Assembly (NCBI GenBank): GCA_963800565.1
Contig: CAWDBM010000008.1
Span: 308,111 to 372,110 of the forward strand
Reading direction: 5' to 3'
DNA: 64,000 bases
Source of the DNA: an uncultured Acidobacteriaceae bacterium
GTDB taxonomy: Bacteria > Acidobacteriota > Terriglobia > Terriglobales > Acidobacteriaceae
The notes under the pieces were generated by a model that worked only from the letters and a program-made list of their open reading frames with translations, was not told the origin of the DNA and did not search any database. Of the stretch, positions 52,838-62,902 are shown piece after piece; positions within the stretch are counted from its first letter, which is position 1; every line of letters starts with the position of its first letter. The translations under genes and the position numbers were made by a program.

Positions 52838-54433
52838 ATGAGCACTGCCACTCTAGCCCTCGATCAGGACGTCTGGCGGCCCAAGTACAACCCTTGGCTG
52901 ATCGCCGTCGTCGTCGCCCTCGCCGCCTTCATGGAGGTGCTCGACACTAGCATCGCCAACGTCGCCCTGCCCTATATGGCCGGGAATCTGGGCGCGAGCA
53001 ACGACCAGAGCACGTGGGTTCTGACTTCCTATCTCGTCTCGAACGCCATCATCCTGCCGATCAGCGGTTGGCTCGCCGGCGCACTGGGACGTAAACGCTT
53101 TTTTATGTCCTGCCTGGCCATCTTTACCGTGAGTTCTTTGCTGTGCGGTCTGGCGCCGAGTCTCGGATTTCTCCTTCTCTTCCGCGTCTTGCAGGGTTTC
53201 GGCGGCGGCGGACTTCAACCGATGGCTCAGGCGATTCTCGCCGATACATTTCCACCGCAGCAGCGCGGCCTGGCATTTGCGCTCTATGGCATCACGGCGA
53301 TCATGGCGCCGACCATTGGCCCAACACTCGGCGGTTGGATCACGTTTAACTATTCCTGGCGATGGATTTTTTTCATCAATCTGCCCGTCGGCATTATCAC
53401 CTGGCTTCTGGTGCGGCGCTTTGTCGAGGATCCTCCTTATCTAGCTAAGATAAAAGCGGCTGGCGTGAAGTTGGACTACATCGGCATCGCACTGCTAGCG
53501 CTTGGCGTCGGCGCCTTGCAAGTGCTGCTCGATAAGGGCCAGGAAGATGATTGGTTCGGGTCGCGCTTCATCACGACTTTAATCGTGACATCGACCGTGT
53601 GCCTGATCTCGCTGGTGATCTGGGAGTGGTATCACAAAAGTCCGATCATCGACATGCATATGTTCAAGAACTTCAATTTCGCGAGCGCGAGCCTCATGAT
53701 GTTCACGCTCGGCATCCTCCTATTCAGCAGCCTGGTTCTGATGCCGCAATTTCTACAGACGCTTTTGGGATACACCTCCCAACTGGCGGGCCTTGCTCTT
53801 TCCGCCGGAGGCCTCGTCTTGCTGATTGAAATGCCCATCATGGGCCAACTGACCACGAAGATCCAGGCGCGCCGCCTCATCGGTTTTGGCTGGCTCGCAC
53901 TGTCGATTGCGATGTTCTATTCCACCAAGCGAATCGACTTGCAGATCAGCTTCAGCGCCGCCACCTGGCTGCGCATTGCGCAGGTGATTGGTCTCGGATT
54001 CCTCTTCGTCCCAATTACGCTGGCGGCCTATGTCGGAATCGCGCCCGAGAAAAATAACGCCGTCGCCGGCATCATTAATTTCATGCGCAATATGGGAAGC
54101 AGCGTGGGTACGTCGTTAGTCACCACCTTGATTGCGCGGCGCTCGCAATTCCATCAGGCGAGATTGGTGGAAACGGTGAGGGTCGACAATCCTAATTTTA
54201 TGAATTCCGCGAATGGCTTGGCTCGACACCTGGCGACTTCGGGCGTGGGCAGGCACGAGGCACAGATCACCGCCTATGCCCAGATTTATCAATCAGTCCA
54301 GGCGCAGGCGGCGAGCCTGGCATACATCGATACGTTCATGGTTCTTGCCGTTTTTTCCGGAATCATGTTTCTTTTGTCCTTCGCTTTGAAGAAGAATGAT
54401 CCTGGCGGTGGCGGCGTAAGAGTCGCGGAGTAA
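52838..54433 (+). CDS. emrB: DHA2-family MFS multidrug efflux transporter (EmrB/QacA-like, 14 TM)
   Basis: FMEVLDTSIANVALPYM, GWLAGALGRKRFF and LQGFGGGGL motifs. About 14 hydrophobic segments. Confidence 0.9.
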   Translation: MSTATLALDQDVWRPKYNPWLIAVVVALAAFMEVLDTSIANVALPYMAGNLGASNDQSTWVLTSYLVSNAIILPISGWLAGALGRKRFFMSCLAIFTVSSLLCGLAPSLGFLLLFRVLQGFGGGGLQPMAQAILADTFPPQQRGLAFALYGITAIMAPTIGPTLGGWITFNYSWRWIFFINLPVGIITWLLVRRFVEDPPYLAKIKAAGVKLDYIGIALLALGVGALQVLLDKGQEDDWFGSRFITTLIVTSTVCLISLVIWEWYHKSPIIDMHMFKNFNFASASLMMFTLGILLFSSLVLMPQFLQTLLGYTSQLAGLALSAGGLVLLIEMPIMGQLTTKIQARRLIGFGWLALSIAMFYSTKRIDLQISFSAATWLRIAQVIGLGFLFVPITLAAYVGIAPEKNNAVAGIINFMRNMGSSVGTSLVTTLIARRSQFHQARLVETVRVDNPNFMNSANGLARHLATSGVGRHEAQITAYAQIYQSVQAQAASLAYIDTFMVLAVFSGIMFLLSFALKKNDPGGGGVRVAE

Positions 54434-54474
54434 CAATGAATTGATGCAATGCCGAATGAATTAAGAACGCAGCT

Positions 54475-55371
54475 ATGCTGGAAATTAAACTCATTGTCTG
54501 TCCAATCGATTTCTCGGAGTTCTCGACCTGGGCATATCGTTATGCTCTATCGGTGGCCGAGCACTATCGAGCCAGACTGGTGGCGCTGAACGTCGTGGAG
54601 ATGTCGCGATATCCTTACGCCGACTACGCTGCGAGCGCAGGAGACTATGCGGAATTCTGCCGCACCCTTCGCGAGGGTGGCAATGAGCGGCTAAGGGAAT
54701 TTGTGGAGAAACACACCCGGAAAGAAATTAAGCCAGATCTGGTCGTGCACGAGGGAGCGGCTCCAGACTGTATTTTGTCGTTTGTGCAAACCCACAAAGC
54801 GGATTTGATCGTCATGGGAACCCACGGGCGGCGAGGCTATGATCGCCTGGTGTTGGGGTCGGTGACCAATCGAGTGATGCGCAGGACCCCGTGCCCTGTG
54901 CTGGCGGTATGCAATCCGCCGCGGGAGTTGCTTTCGGCGAATGTGGCCGCAGGCGAAGAGCGCCGCCACCACCTGAGCCGAATTCTTTTCTGTACAGATT
55001 TCTCCGAGAATTCAGAGCGGGCTTTACGCTGGGCCGTCTCGGCAACAGAAGAGTACAACGCCGAACTCACGTTGCTGCACGTGTTAGAGGACCTCCCCAG
55101 CGCGGCCAGCGTGGGGGACGCTACAGCGACAGCAACCAAGCAACTCGATAAACTGATTCCACAAGAGGCACGCAAGACGCTAAAGATTAAAACAGCGGTG
55201 CGCGTCGGAAAGCCATACCAGCAGATCATTCAACTCGCCGTGGAAGCGCAAATCGACATGGTGGCGATGGGAGTGCGCGGCCGTGGCGCATTGGATCTAG
55301 CGGTGTTTGGTTCGACAACCTATCGGGTACTGCAGCTGGGGCCATGCCCCGTGCTCGCCGTACACATTTGA
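54475..55371 (+). CDS. tandem-domain universal stress protein
   Basis: Two Usp repeats ending DLIVMGTHGRRGYDRLVLGSVTNRVMRRTPCPVLAV and DMVAMGVRGRGALDLAVFGSTTYRVLQLGPCPVLAV. Confidence 0.9.
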   Translation: MLEIKLIVCPIDFSEFSTWAYRYALSVAEHYRARLVALNVVEMSRYPYADYAASAGDYAEFCRTLREGGNERLREFVEKHTRKEIKPDLVVHEGAAPDCILSFVQTHKADLIVMGTHGRRGYDRLVLGSVTNRVMRRTPCPVLAVCNPPRELLSANVAAGEERRHHLSRILFCTDFSENSERALRWAVSATEEYNAELTLLHVLEDLPSAASVGDATATATKQLDKLIPQEARKTLKIKTAVRVGKPYQQIIQLAVEAQIDMVAMGVRGRGALDLAVFGSTTYRVLQLGPCPVLAVHI

Positions 55372-55413
55372 AAATTGAAACGCAAAGCGCGTGGACTTAG
55401 GTAGTTTGCAAAC

Positions 55414-56043
55414 ATGATAAAAATCATCACCATTGAACGCGAATACGGAAGCGGCGGCGGCGAGATCGCCCAACTTCTATCGAAGCAGCTGGGCTGGAAA
55501 CTTTGGGACCAGTTGCTGACAGAGGAAATCGCGCGGCTGGCTGACTGCCCCAAATCAGTCGTCGAGGGTCGAGAAGAAAAAACCGATCCTCTTTATTACC
55601 GGCTCTTCAAATCTTTTTTGCGCGGGAGTTATGAAGGCAGCCTCAATGCGCACAAACTCAAGCTGGTCGACAGCGAATGCATTTTGAAATTTACGGAGCA
55701 GGTAGTGCAGCACGCGGCCAAGACGGGAAACTCAATCATCGTCGGTCGAGGCTCGCAGCAGTTTCTCAAGAATCGACAAGACACGCTGCGCATATTTCTA
55801 TACGCGCCGAGAGAAGACAAAGTGCGTCGATTGATGGCTCGGGGCAAGAGCGCGGACGAAGCCGAACAGCTCGTCGACACAGTCGATCGCGAACGCATCG
55901 ATTTCATCCAAAAGTATTTCCACGTCGAATGGCCGGACCGCGTCGTTTACCAGTCGATGATTAATACAACCATAGGCGAGGAAGCAGTCGTTCGCATGAT
56001 CCTGGATGTCATGCAGACTCTCAACGCTAGAGTCTCTGCCTAA
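55414..56043 (+). CDS. cytidylate kinase-like family protein
   Basis: ITIEREYGSGGGEIAQLLSKQLGWKLWD is the typical N-terminus of the Cytidylate_kin2-type family. Confidence 0.8.
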   Translation: MIKIITIEREYGSGGGEIAQLLSKQLGWKLWDQLLTEEIARLADCPKSVVEGREEKTDPLYYRLFKSFLRGSYEGSLNAHKLKLVDSECILKFTEQVVQHAAKTGNSIIVGRGSQQFLKNRQDTLRIFLYAPREDKVRRLMARGKSADEAEQLVDTVDRERIDFIQKYFHVEWPDRVVYQSMINTTIGEEAVVRMILDVMQTLNARVSA

Positions 56044-57035
56044 ACGTCACGATTTTTCACGGCCACTTCGCTTGCTCCCAGCAGCATTTCGCGCCCGGAG
56101 CGCTCGGATGCCAGCCATATCTTCACTACCTCGAAGACAATCACCGTGGCATAGGTAACCGCCACCCAGACACAAACTTCTTCGATCGGCAAGCCTGACC
56201 AGGCGCCAATAAAAATGCCGACCATCTGACGATGCTGGAAGTTCCACCAGTGGTACGGCAAGGCCAGAGTGGCTTCCCAGAACATGCTGACCAGCAACAT
56301 AAAGAACAGGGTGAGGCTGAGGGCACGCCAATTGATGAAGCGACGCGCCACCGGGAAAAAACTCACGGCTGGCAGCAGGACTCCCGAACAGAGAAAGGTG
56401 AAGTAGCCCGGGAAGCCGACGCGATCATCCGCCAACGCGAAATGTTTTTTGTAAAGCCAAGCGGCGGCAATCAGGGCCAGGGCCAGCACCAGAGAAGTAG
56501 GATGGAAACGCAGCAGGCGGCGCACCTTGCGCGCTTCGCCGGGATAGTCCAGCACATTGTAGGCCGCCAGCCAGAACTCGCCGAGCCATACGTAGAGAAG
56601 AAGAACGGCCAGGAAACCTGTGAGATAGAAAACATATTCTTCGACGGGCACTGGCTTGCCCAAAGCTGGAGCAGGGATGCCGAGGGTCGCACCAGCATTC
56701 GGATAGCAGAAGAACCACTGCGCGAAAACGAAGTCCAGCAAGAATCCCAGCGGAACGAGGATAGCAATTGTTCGCCAGAAAGCCTTTTGCGGAATGCGCA
56801 AATCCTCACTAGGTAGAAACCAACCCGCGATCAGCACGATGGGAAAGATGAACAACAGAAGACTCATCGTGTAACCGTGTGGCGTTGAGTTCTGGTCGAC
56901 GGCCATGGGCGGAACAGGAAATTGAACCGTACGCAGAGTGAGGGTCGCCGGAATCACGACCATTGCCAACATCGCAATCACAATCCAGACACAAACCGTG
57001 GGGTTGGTCAGTCCGCGCGAGCGGGGTCCGGTCAT
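56040..57035 (-). CDS. polytopic membrane protein with two lycopene-cyclase-domain-like PxEE motifs
   Basis: PVPVEEYVFYLTGF and GLPIEEVCVWVAV resemble the hPhEEhhF motif of CrtYc/d-type lycopene cyclase domains. Start set at ATG 57035 so it does not run into the fpg-like gene. Confidence 0.6.
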   Translation of the reverse strand: MTGPRSRGLTNPTVCVWIVIAMLAMVVIPATLTLRTVQFPVPPMAVDQNSTPHGYTMSLLLFIFPIVLIAGWFLPSEDLRIPQKAFWRTIAILVPLGFLLDFVFAQWFFCYPNAGATLGIPAPALGKPVPVEEYVFYLTGFLAVLLLYVWLGEFWLAAYNVLDYPGEARKVRRLLRFHPTSLVLALALIAAAWLYKKHFALADDRVGFPGYFTFLCSGVLLPAVSFFPVARRFINWRALSLTLFFMLLVSMFWEATLALPYHWWNFQHRQMVGIFIGAWSGLPIEEVCVWVAVTYATVIVFEVVKIWLASERSGREMLLGASEVAVKNRDV

Positions 57036-57076
57036 AAATGGCCTCCGATAGCTTCCGGTTTGTGGAGTTTCCCATT

Positions 57077-57976
57077 CTAGCGGCGCTTGAGAGCTTCGAG
57101 TTCGTCCAGAGTACGCGGCCAGTCTGATCGCAAGAGCCGCGACAAGCTTCGATTGGCGAGAACCTTTCCACCAGTTTGGCAGCGGGCGCAATAGTTGGTT
57201 TCATTATCGGCGTAGCGAATCCGCTGAATCTTTTCTCCACACCTCGGGCAAGGTTCTCCGTAGCGTCCGTGAACTGCCATCTCCCTGCGGAATGCAGTCA
57301 CGTTTTCGGGAAAGCTCTTCTCCGCCTCCGCGCCCAGCCTGCCTATCCAAAGCCGCAGAGTATCGCGAGTCGCAGCGAATAACCTCTCCCATTCATCCAG
57401 TTTGATTTTTTGCGTAAGCGCGATGGGAGACAATTGCGCGGCGTGCAAGATTTCGTCCGAATACGCGTTGCCGATGCCGCTGAGTATCCGCGGATCGGTG
57501 AGCGCCCGCTTAAGCGTCCGGTTCTCAGCCGTCAGCGCTTTGCGAAACGAATCAAGATTGCTGCTGAGAACGTCGATTCCACCAGGGTCAACCGATTGCA
57601 AGCTCTCTTCGCCACTGAGGACATAAAGCGATGCGCGATGCTTGGTGCCGGCCTCCGTGAGCACAAGTGAGCCGTTCGGAAAATCGAAAGCTGCCAGGCT
57701 CTGGCGTCCCGCCAGTTTTGCTCCTCGCGGGCGCCAGTGTAGCCGCCCCGCGATCATCAAGTGCAGCACCAGCCAAACATCGCCGTCTACGCCAATGGCA
57801 ATGCGCTTGCCGATGCGCCGCAACTCACGCACCACGCGGCCTTCTACATCCTTAAGAGGCGGGTTCACAGTGCGCAGCAGAAAGGGGTTTGCCACGCGTA
57901 TCTGCTCGATTGGCTGGGCAACGATCCGCGGCTCAAGCGCGCTGATGTAGGCTGCGATATCCGGCAGTTCCGGCAC
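57077..57976 (-). CDS. Fpg/Nei-family DNA glycosylase/AP lyase
   Basis: N-terminal MPELPD (catalytic Pro2/Glu3), an H2TH region and a C-terminal zinc finger CPRCGEKI...YCARCQ. Confidence 0.9.
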   Translation of the reverse strand: MPELPDIAAYISALEPRIVAQPIEQIRVANPFLLRTVNPPLKDVEGRVVRELRRIGKRIAIGVDGDVWLVLHLMIAGRLHWRPRGAKLAGRQSLAAFDFPNGSLVLTEAGTKHRASLYVLSGEESLQSVDPGGIDVLSSNLDSFRKALTAENRTLKRALTDPRILSGIGNAYSDEILHAAQLSPIALTQKIKLDEWERLFAATRDTLRLWIGRLGAEAEKSFPENVTAFRREMAVHGRYGEPCPRCGEKIQRIRYADNETNYCARCQTGGKVLANRSLSRLLRSDWPRTLDELEALKRR

Positions 57977-58299
57977 GCTTAGTAGTTTGCAGGCCGCGAA
58001 CTCTCTTTTGCAACCAGGCTATACTCTAGACCGATCTCACCATTGCGTTCTTCGACTTCGCTGTTGTCAGATGCAACAAACGCAGCCCCGACCCGCAAGT
58101 AACTGATTTCAAATCGTCGTTTTCATCGGTCCCATTCAAATATGGAAACTCCGACCTTTTTGACTATTGCAAACCGCATCAAAGCGCTGTTGACAATTTC
58201 ATATCAAAATCTTGGCCCCGCAAAACGCGATCCACGCATTTTGCTGATTCCAGGATAGATAGACGGCAGCAATAGACTCCTCGCCCACCCGCTTCGGTA

Positions 58300-58315
58300 T
58301 GGCCAGGCGATTGCC
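58300..58315 (+). promoter_or_regulatory. candidate sigma-54 promoter upstream of the GcvH-like gene
   Basis: TGGCCAGGCGATTGCC has TGGC (GG 58301-58302) and TTGC (GC 58313-58314) in exact register. 53 nt upstream of ATG 58368. Confidence 0.55.
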
Positions 58316-58367
58316 TTTAAGAAAAGTGCTGAGTGGCTCGCTAGACGGCCCTCCGACGAGGTGACTT

Positions 58368-59048
58368 ATGACAGTCCTACTGGTTCTCTTCACATTCGTA
58401 GCCTTCTTACTAATCGACTATTTCCGCACCCGTAACACGGTCGCCACACCGATTACTATGACAAACGCAGCTGCGGCGGAACGTAACGCTCCGCCACGTC
58501 TTCAGCCGGCATTAGTCGGCGGTTTCGCGGTTCCAGAAAATGTCCGCTATCATCCCGGACACACCTGGGCATTGACCGAGAGCCCCAGCCTGGTGCGCGT
58601 GGGCATCGACGACTTCGCCACCAAGCTGATCGGCAAACTCGAGAACATCACGCTGCCGCAACGCGGACAATGGATTCGCCAGGGCCAAAAGATGTTCACC
58701 ATCTATCGCGACGGCTGCAACGTCGACATGGTTTCGCCCATCGAGGGCACGGTCGCTGACATTAATCCCGCGATCGAGCACGATCCAAAGCTCGCGCTGA
58801 ACGATCCCTACGGCGAAGGCTGGCTCGTAACCGTGCAAGCGCCCGATGCCAAGACTAGTTTCAAGAACCTGCTGGGCGGCGGGCTCGCCCGCTCCTGGAT
58901 GGACGAAGCAGCCAGACGCCTGCGCGTCCGCATGCCAGTAGCGCTCGGAGCCTTGGCCCAGGACGGTGGAGTGGCCATCAACGACATCTCCACCCACATC
59001 CCCGACCAGGAGTGGCTGCCCCTGGCGAAAGAATTCTTCCTGTCCTAA
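58368..59048 (+). CDS. membrane-anchored glycine-cleavage-H-like domain protein (no lipoyl-lysine)
   Basis: N-terminal TM, then YHPGHTWA...VRVGIDDFATKLIG...MVSPIEGTV..IN...DPYGEGWL. The position aligning to the GcvH lipoyl Lys (ESVKA) reads RDGCN. Confidence 0.75.
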   Translation: MTVLLVLFTFVAFLLIDYFRTRNTVATPITMTNAAAAERNAPPRLQPALVGGFAVPENVRYHPGHTWALTESPSLVRVGIDDFATKLIGKLENITLPQRGQWIRQGQKMFTIYRDGCNVDMVSPIEGTVADINPAIEHDPKLALNDPYGEGWLVTVQAPDAKTSFKNLLGGGLARSWMDEAARRLRVRMPVALGALAQDGGVAINDISTHIPDQEWLPLAKEFFLS

Positions 59049-59210
59049 GTGACGATCAGCGAGAGCGAGCCACCTCGCAATTCGCCGTAAAGAGGACCGT
59101 TGGAAACATCCGGCTGTCCGGATCCAAGGTTGAAAAACCAGGGAGCCGGGCGGTCGATGTTTTTGGGACAACGAAACCAAGAATGTCGGCGAACCCAATA
59201 CTTAACAATC

Positions 59211-59765
59211 TCAAAAGAATTGCGCCGATGAAATCCTGGTCATTGGAGTCGCGGCTTCTTGGCACGTCGTGCACAGCGAACCTTGCTTGAGGTCGATCCA
59301 CTCCACCGCATGCGACGGCGCCATGGCGCAGCTGTAATCTTCGCAGTGAGTCAGGCTCAGAGTGTGGCCGATTTCATGAACCGACTCCTTGATCACGCGT
59401 TGGCGAAACAGTTCGCGGTCAGGAGGAAGCCCGTAGAACTCCTGCCGCAACCGGTGCGCGGAGACGACGGCGCAGGGGCCTCCCATCTGCGCTTCGCCGA
59501 AAACAAACGTGAGAATCGGAATGTAAAGATCGACAGCAACAACTCCCAGCAGGCGCCAGGAGTCGGCAGTAAGAAAGCTCTGCATGCGATGCAGGATTTC
59601 CGACGAGTGATATTGCTGACGCTCGCCGTGGAAGGCGAACTCAGGATCCAACCGCACCGGAAGCACCTGACAAGAAACGTGAAACGTTTCTTCGACAGCG
59701 GGACGGAGCTCGTGCAGCAGCCCGTCGTCCACATTCCCGATCGGTAACAGGTGGAGGACCTTCAT
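59211..59765 (-). CDS. amzA: archaemetzincin-like zinc metalloprotease (M54)
   Basis: HEIGHTLSLTHCEDYSCAMAPSH...CTTC approximates the HExxHxxGxxxCxxxxCxM...CxxC archaemetzincin signature. Confidence 0.8.
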   Translation of the reverse strand: MKVLHLLPIGNVDDGLLHELRPAVEETFHVSCQVLPVRLDPEFAFHGERQQYHSSEILHRMQSFLTADSWRLLGVVAVDLYIPILTFVFGEAQMGGPCAVVSAHRLRQEFYGLPPDRELFRQRVIKESVHEIGHTLSLTHCEDYSCAMAPSHAVEWIDLKQGSLCTTCQEAATPMTRISSAQFF

Positions 59766-59769
59766 TGCG

Positions 59770-59847
59770 CCAGTTCTCAGTTCCCGGTTCTCGGCTCTCA
59801 GTATTTACTAGAAAAGAGAGAGCTGAGAACTGGAAACTGAGAACTAG
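59770..59847. repeat. tandem-oligomer hairpin (agttctc / gagaact units) between amzA and the response regulator
   Basis: ccagttctcagttcccggttctcggctctc (59770-59799) pairs with gagagctgagaactggaaactgagaactag (59818-59847). The right arm overlaps the regulator stop codon. Confidence 0.85.
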
Positions 59848-61214
59848 TTGGATCGTGCCTCGACCGGTGTGCGCGACCAACCGTATTTTTTCAGCTTGTG
59901 ATAAAGCGTGACCCGATCGATGTCGAGGATCTCAGCGGCGTGGCTCTGATTGCCACCACATTCCTCGACCACCCGCAGTATATGCGCCCGCTCCATGTCT
60001 TCGAGCTTCTTGCCCGCGCCGTTGGAGATGCTTGGCGACTTGAAAATGAAATCCTGTTCGTGCAGCTCCGGCTCGCGTCCGACCACCATGGCGCGCTCGA
60101 CGGCGTTCTCCAGTTCACGGACGTTGCCGACCCAGGACTGCTGCTGCAACTGATTCATCGCCGCCGGTGAAACGCGGGTGATGCGTTTATTCATGGCCAG
60201 AGAAAACTTGCGCACGAAATTGTCCACCAGCAGGGGAATATCTTCGCGGCGTTCGCGAAGCGGCGGCAGTTCGATGCGAAAGACGTTAAGCCTATAGAAA
60301 AGGTCTGGACGGAACTTGCCCTCCTCGATCAGCTTTTCGAGGTCTTTGTTGGTGGCGGCGACGCAGCGGAAATCCACCTTGATAAGTTGATTGCCGCCGA
60401 CGCGAGTGATTTCGCGTTCCTGCAAAACGCGCAGTAAATCGGTCTGCGTCTTTAAGCTGATGTCACCGATCTCATCAAGGAAAACCGTTCCTCCCTCGGC
60501 AATTTCGAATTTTCCTTTTTTGCGATATTGCGCGCCGGTGAACGCGCCTTTTTCGTGGCCAAAAAGTTCGCTTTCGAGGAGCGTCTCGGTCAAAGCACCG
60601 CAGTGAATAGCAACCAGAGGATGGAATCTGCGCGGGCTGGCGTGATGGATGGCACGCGCCACCAGTTCTTTTCCTGTACCACTTTCTCCCGTAATCAGCA
60701 CGGTAGCATCCGTCGGGCCCACCGTCTCAATGGCGTCGAAGAGTTTGCGCATAGGACCGCTTTGGCCAACGATCTCTCCAGGACGCGCGATATCGGCAAC
60801 AGTCTCACGCAGAAGCACATTTTCCTGCGTCGTGCGTTTATGCGCCAGCGCGTTCTTGATCAGATGCGCGATATCGTCGGGGTCGAGCGGCTTGGTCACA
60901 TAGTCATACGCGCCATTTTTCAGCGCCGTCACGGCAGTCTCGACCGACGCATATCCGGTCATCATAATCACGACCAGGTCCGGATCAATTTCGTGCATCC
61001 GGCGTTGCAGCTCGATCCCGTCGGTGCCGTGCATCTTGATATCGACGAGCGCGGCATCCCAGCGATGTTCCGCCAGGCGAGTCAGTGCGTCGTTGGCATT
61101 CTCGGCCGTGCCAACTTCGTAGCCTTCCTCGCGAAACCACTTGTCGAGCGAATCGCGCACGCTTAGTTCGTCATCTACGACCAGTAGTCTTCCCTGTGTA
61201 CTCACTTCGGTCAC
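59844..61214 (-). CDS. NtrC-family sigma-54-dependent response regulator
   Basis: Receiver (LLVVDDE...[12 protein letters not shown]), AAA+ core ([29 protein letters not shown]) and Fis HTH ([23 protein letters not shown]). Confidence 0.95.
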   Translation of the reverse strand: MTEVSTQGRLLVVDDELSVRDSLDKWFREEGYEVGTAENANDALTRLAEHRWDAALVDIKMHGTDGIELQRRMHEIDPDLVVIMMTGYASVETAVTALKNGAYDYVTKPLDPDDIAHLIKNALAHKRTTQENVLLRETVADIARPGEIVGQSGPMRKLFDAIETVGPTDATVLITGESGTGKELVARAIHHASPRRFHPLVAIHCGALTETLLESELFGHEKGAFTGAQYRKKGKFEIAEGGTVFLDEIGDISLKTQTDLLRVLQEREITRVGGNQLIKVDFRCVAATNKDLEKLIEEGKFRPDLFYRLNVFRIELPPLRERREDIPLLVDNFVRKFSLAMNKRITRVSPAAMNQLQQQSWVGNVRELENAVERAMVVGREPELHEQDFIFKSPSISNGAGKKLEDMERAHILRVVEECGGNQSHAAEILDIDRVTLYHKLKKYGWSRTPVEARSN

Positions 61215-62902
61215 CTCGCCTTTATCGCAAAGCCCCCCGCCGCAACCTCCGCCAGCGTCGCGTCAGGAACCTGACTGCGCAGAGTCAGAATAAAAGTCGT
61301 GCCCTTTCCATACTCGGTTTCGACATCGATGCGCCCGTTATGCCGCTCCATAATCCCGCGAGCAATTGCCAATCCCAGCCCGGTTCCACGGCCATGCTCT
61401 TTCGTTGTCATGAAAGGTTCAAAGATATGTGGGAGCACGTCTGGAGCAATGCCCGTCCCATCGTCGCGTACCCGCACCTCGATTTCAGTTTTGTCGTCAG
61501 TGTGGCTAAGCTGATCCTCGATCCACAGAGTGCCACCCTCGGGCATGGCATCGATCGCGTTCATGACCAGTGCGATGAAGACTTGTTCCATCTGCGCCGG
61601 ATCGCAGGGTACCCTGGGCAGGTCGGTCGCCAGTTTCAGTTGCAATTCGATTCCTGCCAAGTCCAGTTGATGTCGCACCAGTTGTACGCAACGTTGAATC
61701 ACTGCGTTCAGGTCGGTCGATTGCACGTTCATGGGCGCGGTTCGCGAAAGCGACAGGAGGTTGTGGATGAGATCGCCGCAGCGCCGGCTTTCCGTGGCAA
61801 TCAGCTCCAGGCATTGCATCGCCTCATCCCGTTTTTCATGCTCGGTCTGCCCCGTCCCCACCCACTTTCGCAAGAGTTTGGCGTAGGTAAGAATGCCCGA
61901 TAGCGGGTTATTGACTTCGTGCGCCACTACCGCCGCCATCTTTCCGATCGACGCCATTCTCTCTACGTGCAGGACGTGATCGTGAGCGCGTTGCAATTCC
62001 GTAGTCTTTTGTTCAACCCGATCTTCCAGAGTCTTAGCCCAGTCGATGATTTCTTCATTGGCCACGCGCAACTGCAGGCTCATGTCGTTGAAGGAACGAG
62101 CCAGGTCGCCGACTTCGTCCTGCGATCGCACCTTGATCTGGTAACCGAGCTCGCCGCGAGCCAGGCGTTCCGTGCCGTTCTTGAGAGCCTTGATCGGCTT
62201 GTCCACCACTCGCCAGACAAACAACCAGCTCAGTGCCGCAACCACCATCAACGCCCCGCCCGTGTAATACGACATGCGAGCGCTGCTGACCGCAAGTTGC
62301 GCGTCCGCTTTTGCCAGCGAGAGATTGGTGTCGAGCACGCCCAGAACTTGCTGCTCCGCCGAATGCGCGTGGCAACTGGCGTTGGCGCAGTTGGGTTGAT
62401 TTTCGATGGGCGTAATGATCGCGAGCACCCGTTGACCGGCACTGCGATAAATGCGAAAGCGGTCGGGGCGATTCAGACGAGCCAGCGGTTGCGATTGCGT
62501 GTGGCAGCCATAGCAGGACTCAGCCCTCTTGTCGAGAATTTGGCTGACTTCCTTCGGATCCGTGGAATAGCTGATCCGCCCTTCCTGGTCAAGAATGCGT
62601 ACCTTCACCATCCCCGGCTCGTCCGCTATGGTTTGAATCGCACGGTACAGCCCCTGGCGATCGTCACGCAGCATGTAGTCGATGGTGGCGCGCCTGATCA
62701 GATCGCTGATCCGCTCGGCGTTGGCCAATTGGGCTGCTTCCAGGTCCTGGCGATGCAATCGGACAGTCAAGTACCCGAATAAAGCGAAAATGGCGACCAT
62801 GATCGCCAGCAGCGACCCGATTAATTTTGCGCTAATACTGTGCGTCAACCGCTTTGATCGCTCGCTTCGATGATCGCGGCGTCTTCGCTCAGTCTCCTGC
62901 AT
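61211..62902 (-). CDS. sensor histidine kinase with periplasmic domain carrying haem-c-type motifs, HAMP, HisKA and HATPase
   Basis: TM1 about aa 26-47 and TM2 about aa 195-217. Periplasmic CYGCH (62501-62515) and CANASCH (62369-62389). HAMP, H-box AHEVNNPLSGI and G-boxes DDGTGI / GTGLGLAI. 4-nt overlap with the regulator gene. Confidence 0.9.
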   Translation of the reverse strand: MQETERRRRDHRSERSKRLTHSISAKLIGSLLAIMVAIFALFGYLTVRLHRQDLEAAQLANAERISDLIRRATIDYMLRDDRQGLYRAIQTIADEPGMVKVRILDQEGRISYSTDPKEVSQILDKRAESCYGCHTQSQPLARLNRPDRFRIYRSAGQRVLAIITPIENQPNCANASCHAHSAEQQVLGVLDTNLSLAKADAQLAVSSARMSYYTGGALMVVAALSWLFVWRVVDKPIKALKNGTERLARGELGYQIKVRSQDEVGDLARSFNDMSLQLRVANEEIIDWAKTLEDRVEQKTTELQRAHDHVLHVERMASIGKMAAVVAHEVNNPLSGILTYAKLLRKWVGTGQTEHEKRDEAMQCLELIATESRRCGDLIHNLLSLSRTAPMNVQSTDLNAVIQRCVQLVRHQLDLAGIELQLKLATDLPRVPCDPAQMEQVFIALVMNAIDAMPEGGTLWIEDQLSHTDDKTEIEVRVRDDGTGIAPDVLPHIFEPFMTTKEHGRGTGLGLAIARGIMERHNGRIDVETEYGKGTTFILTLRSQVPDATLAEVAAGGFAIKAR

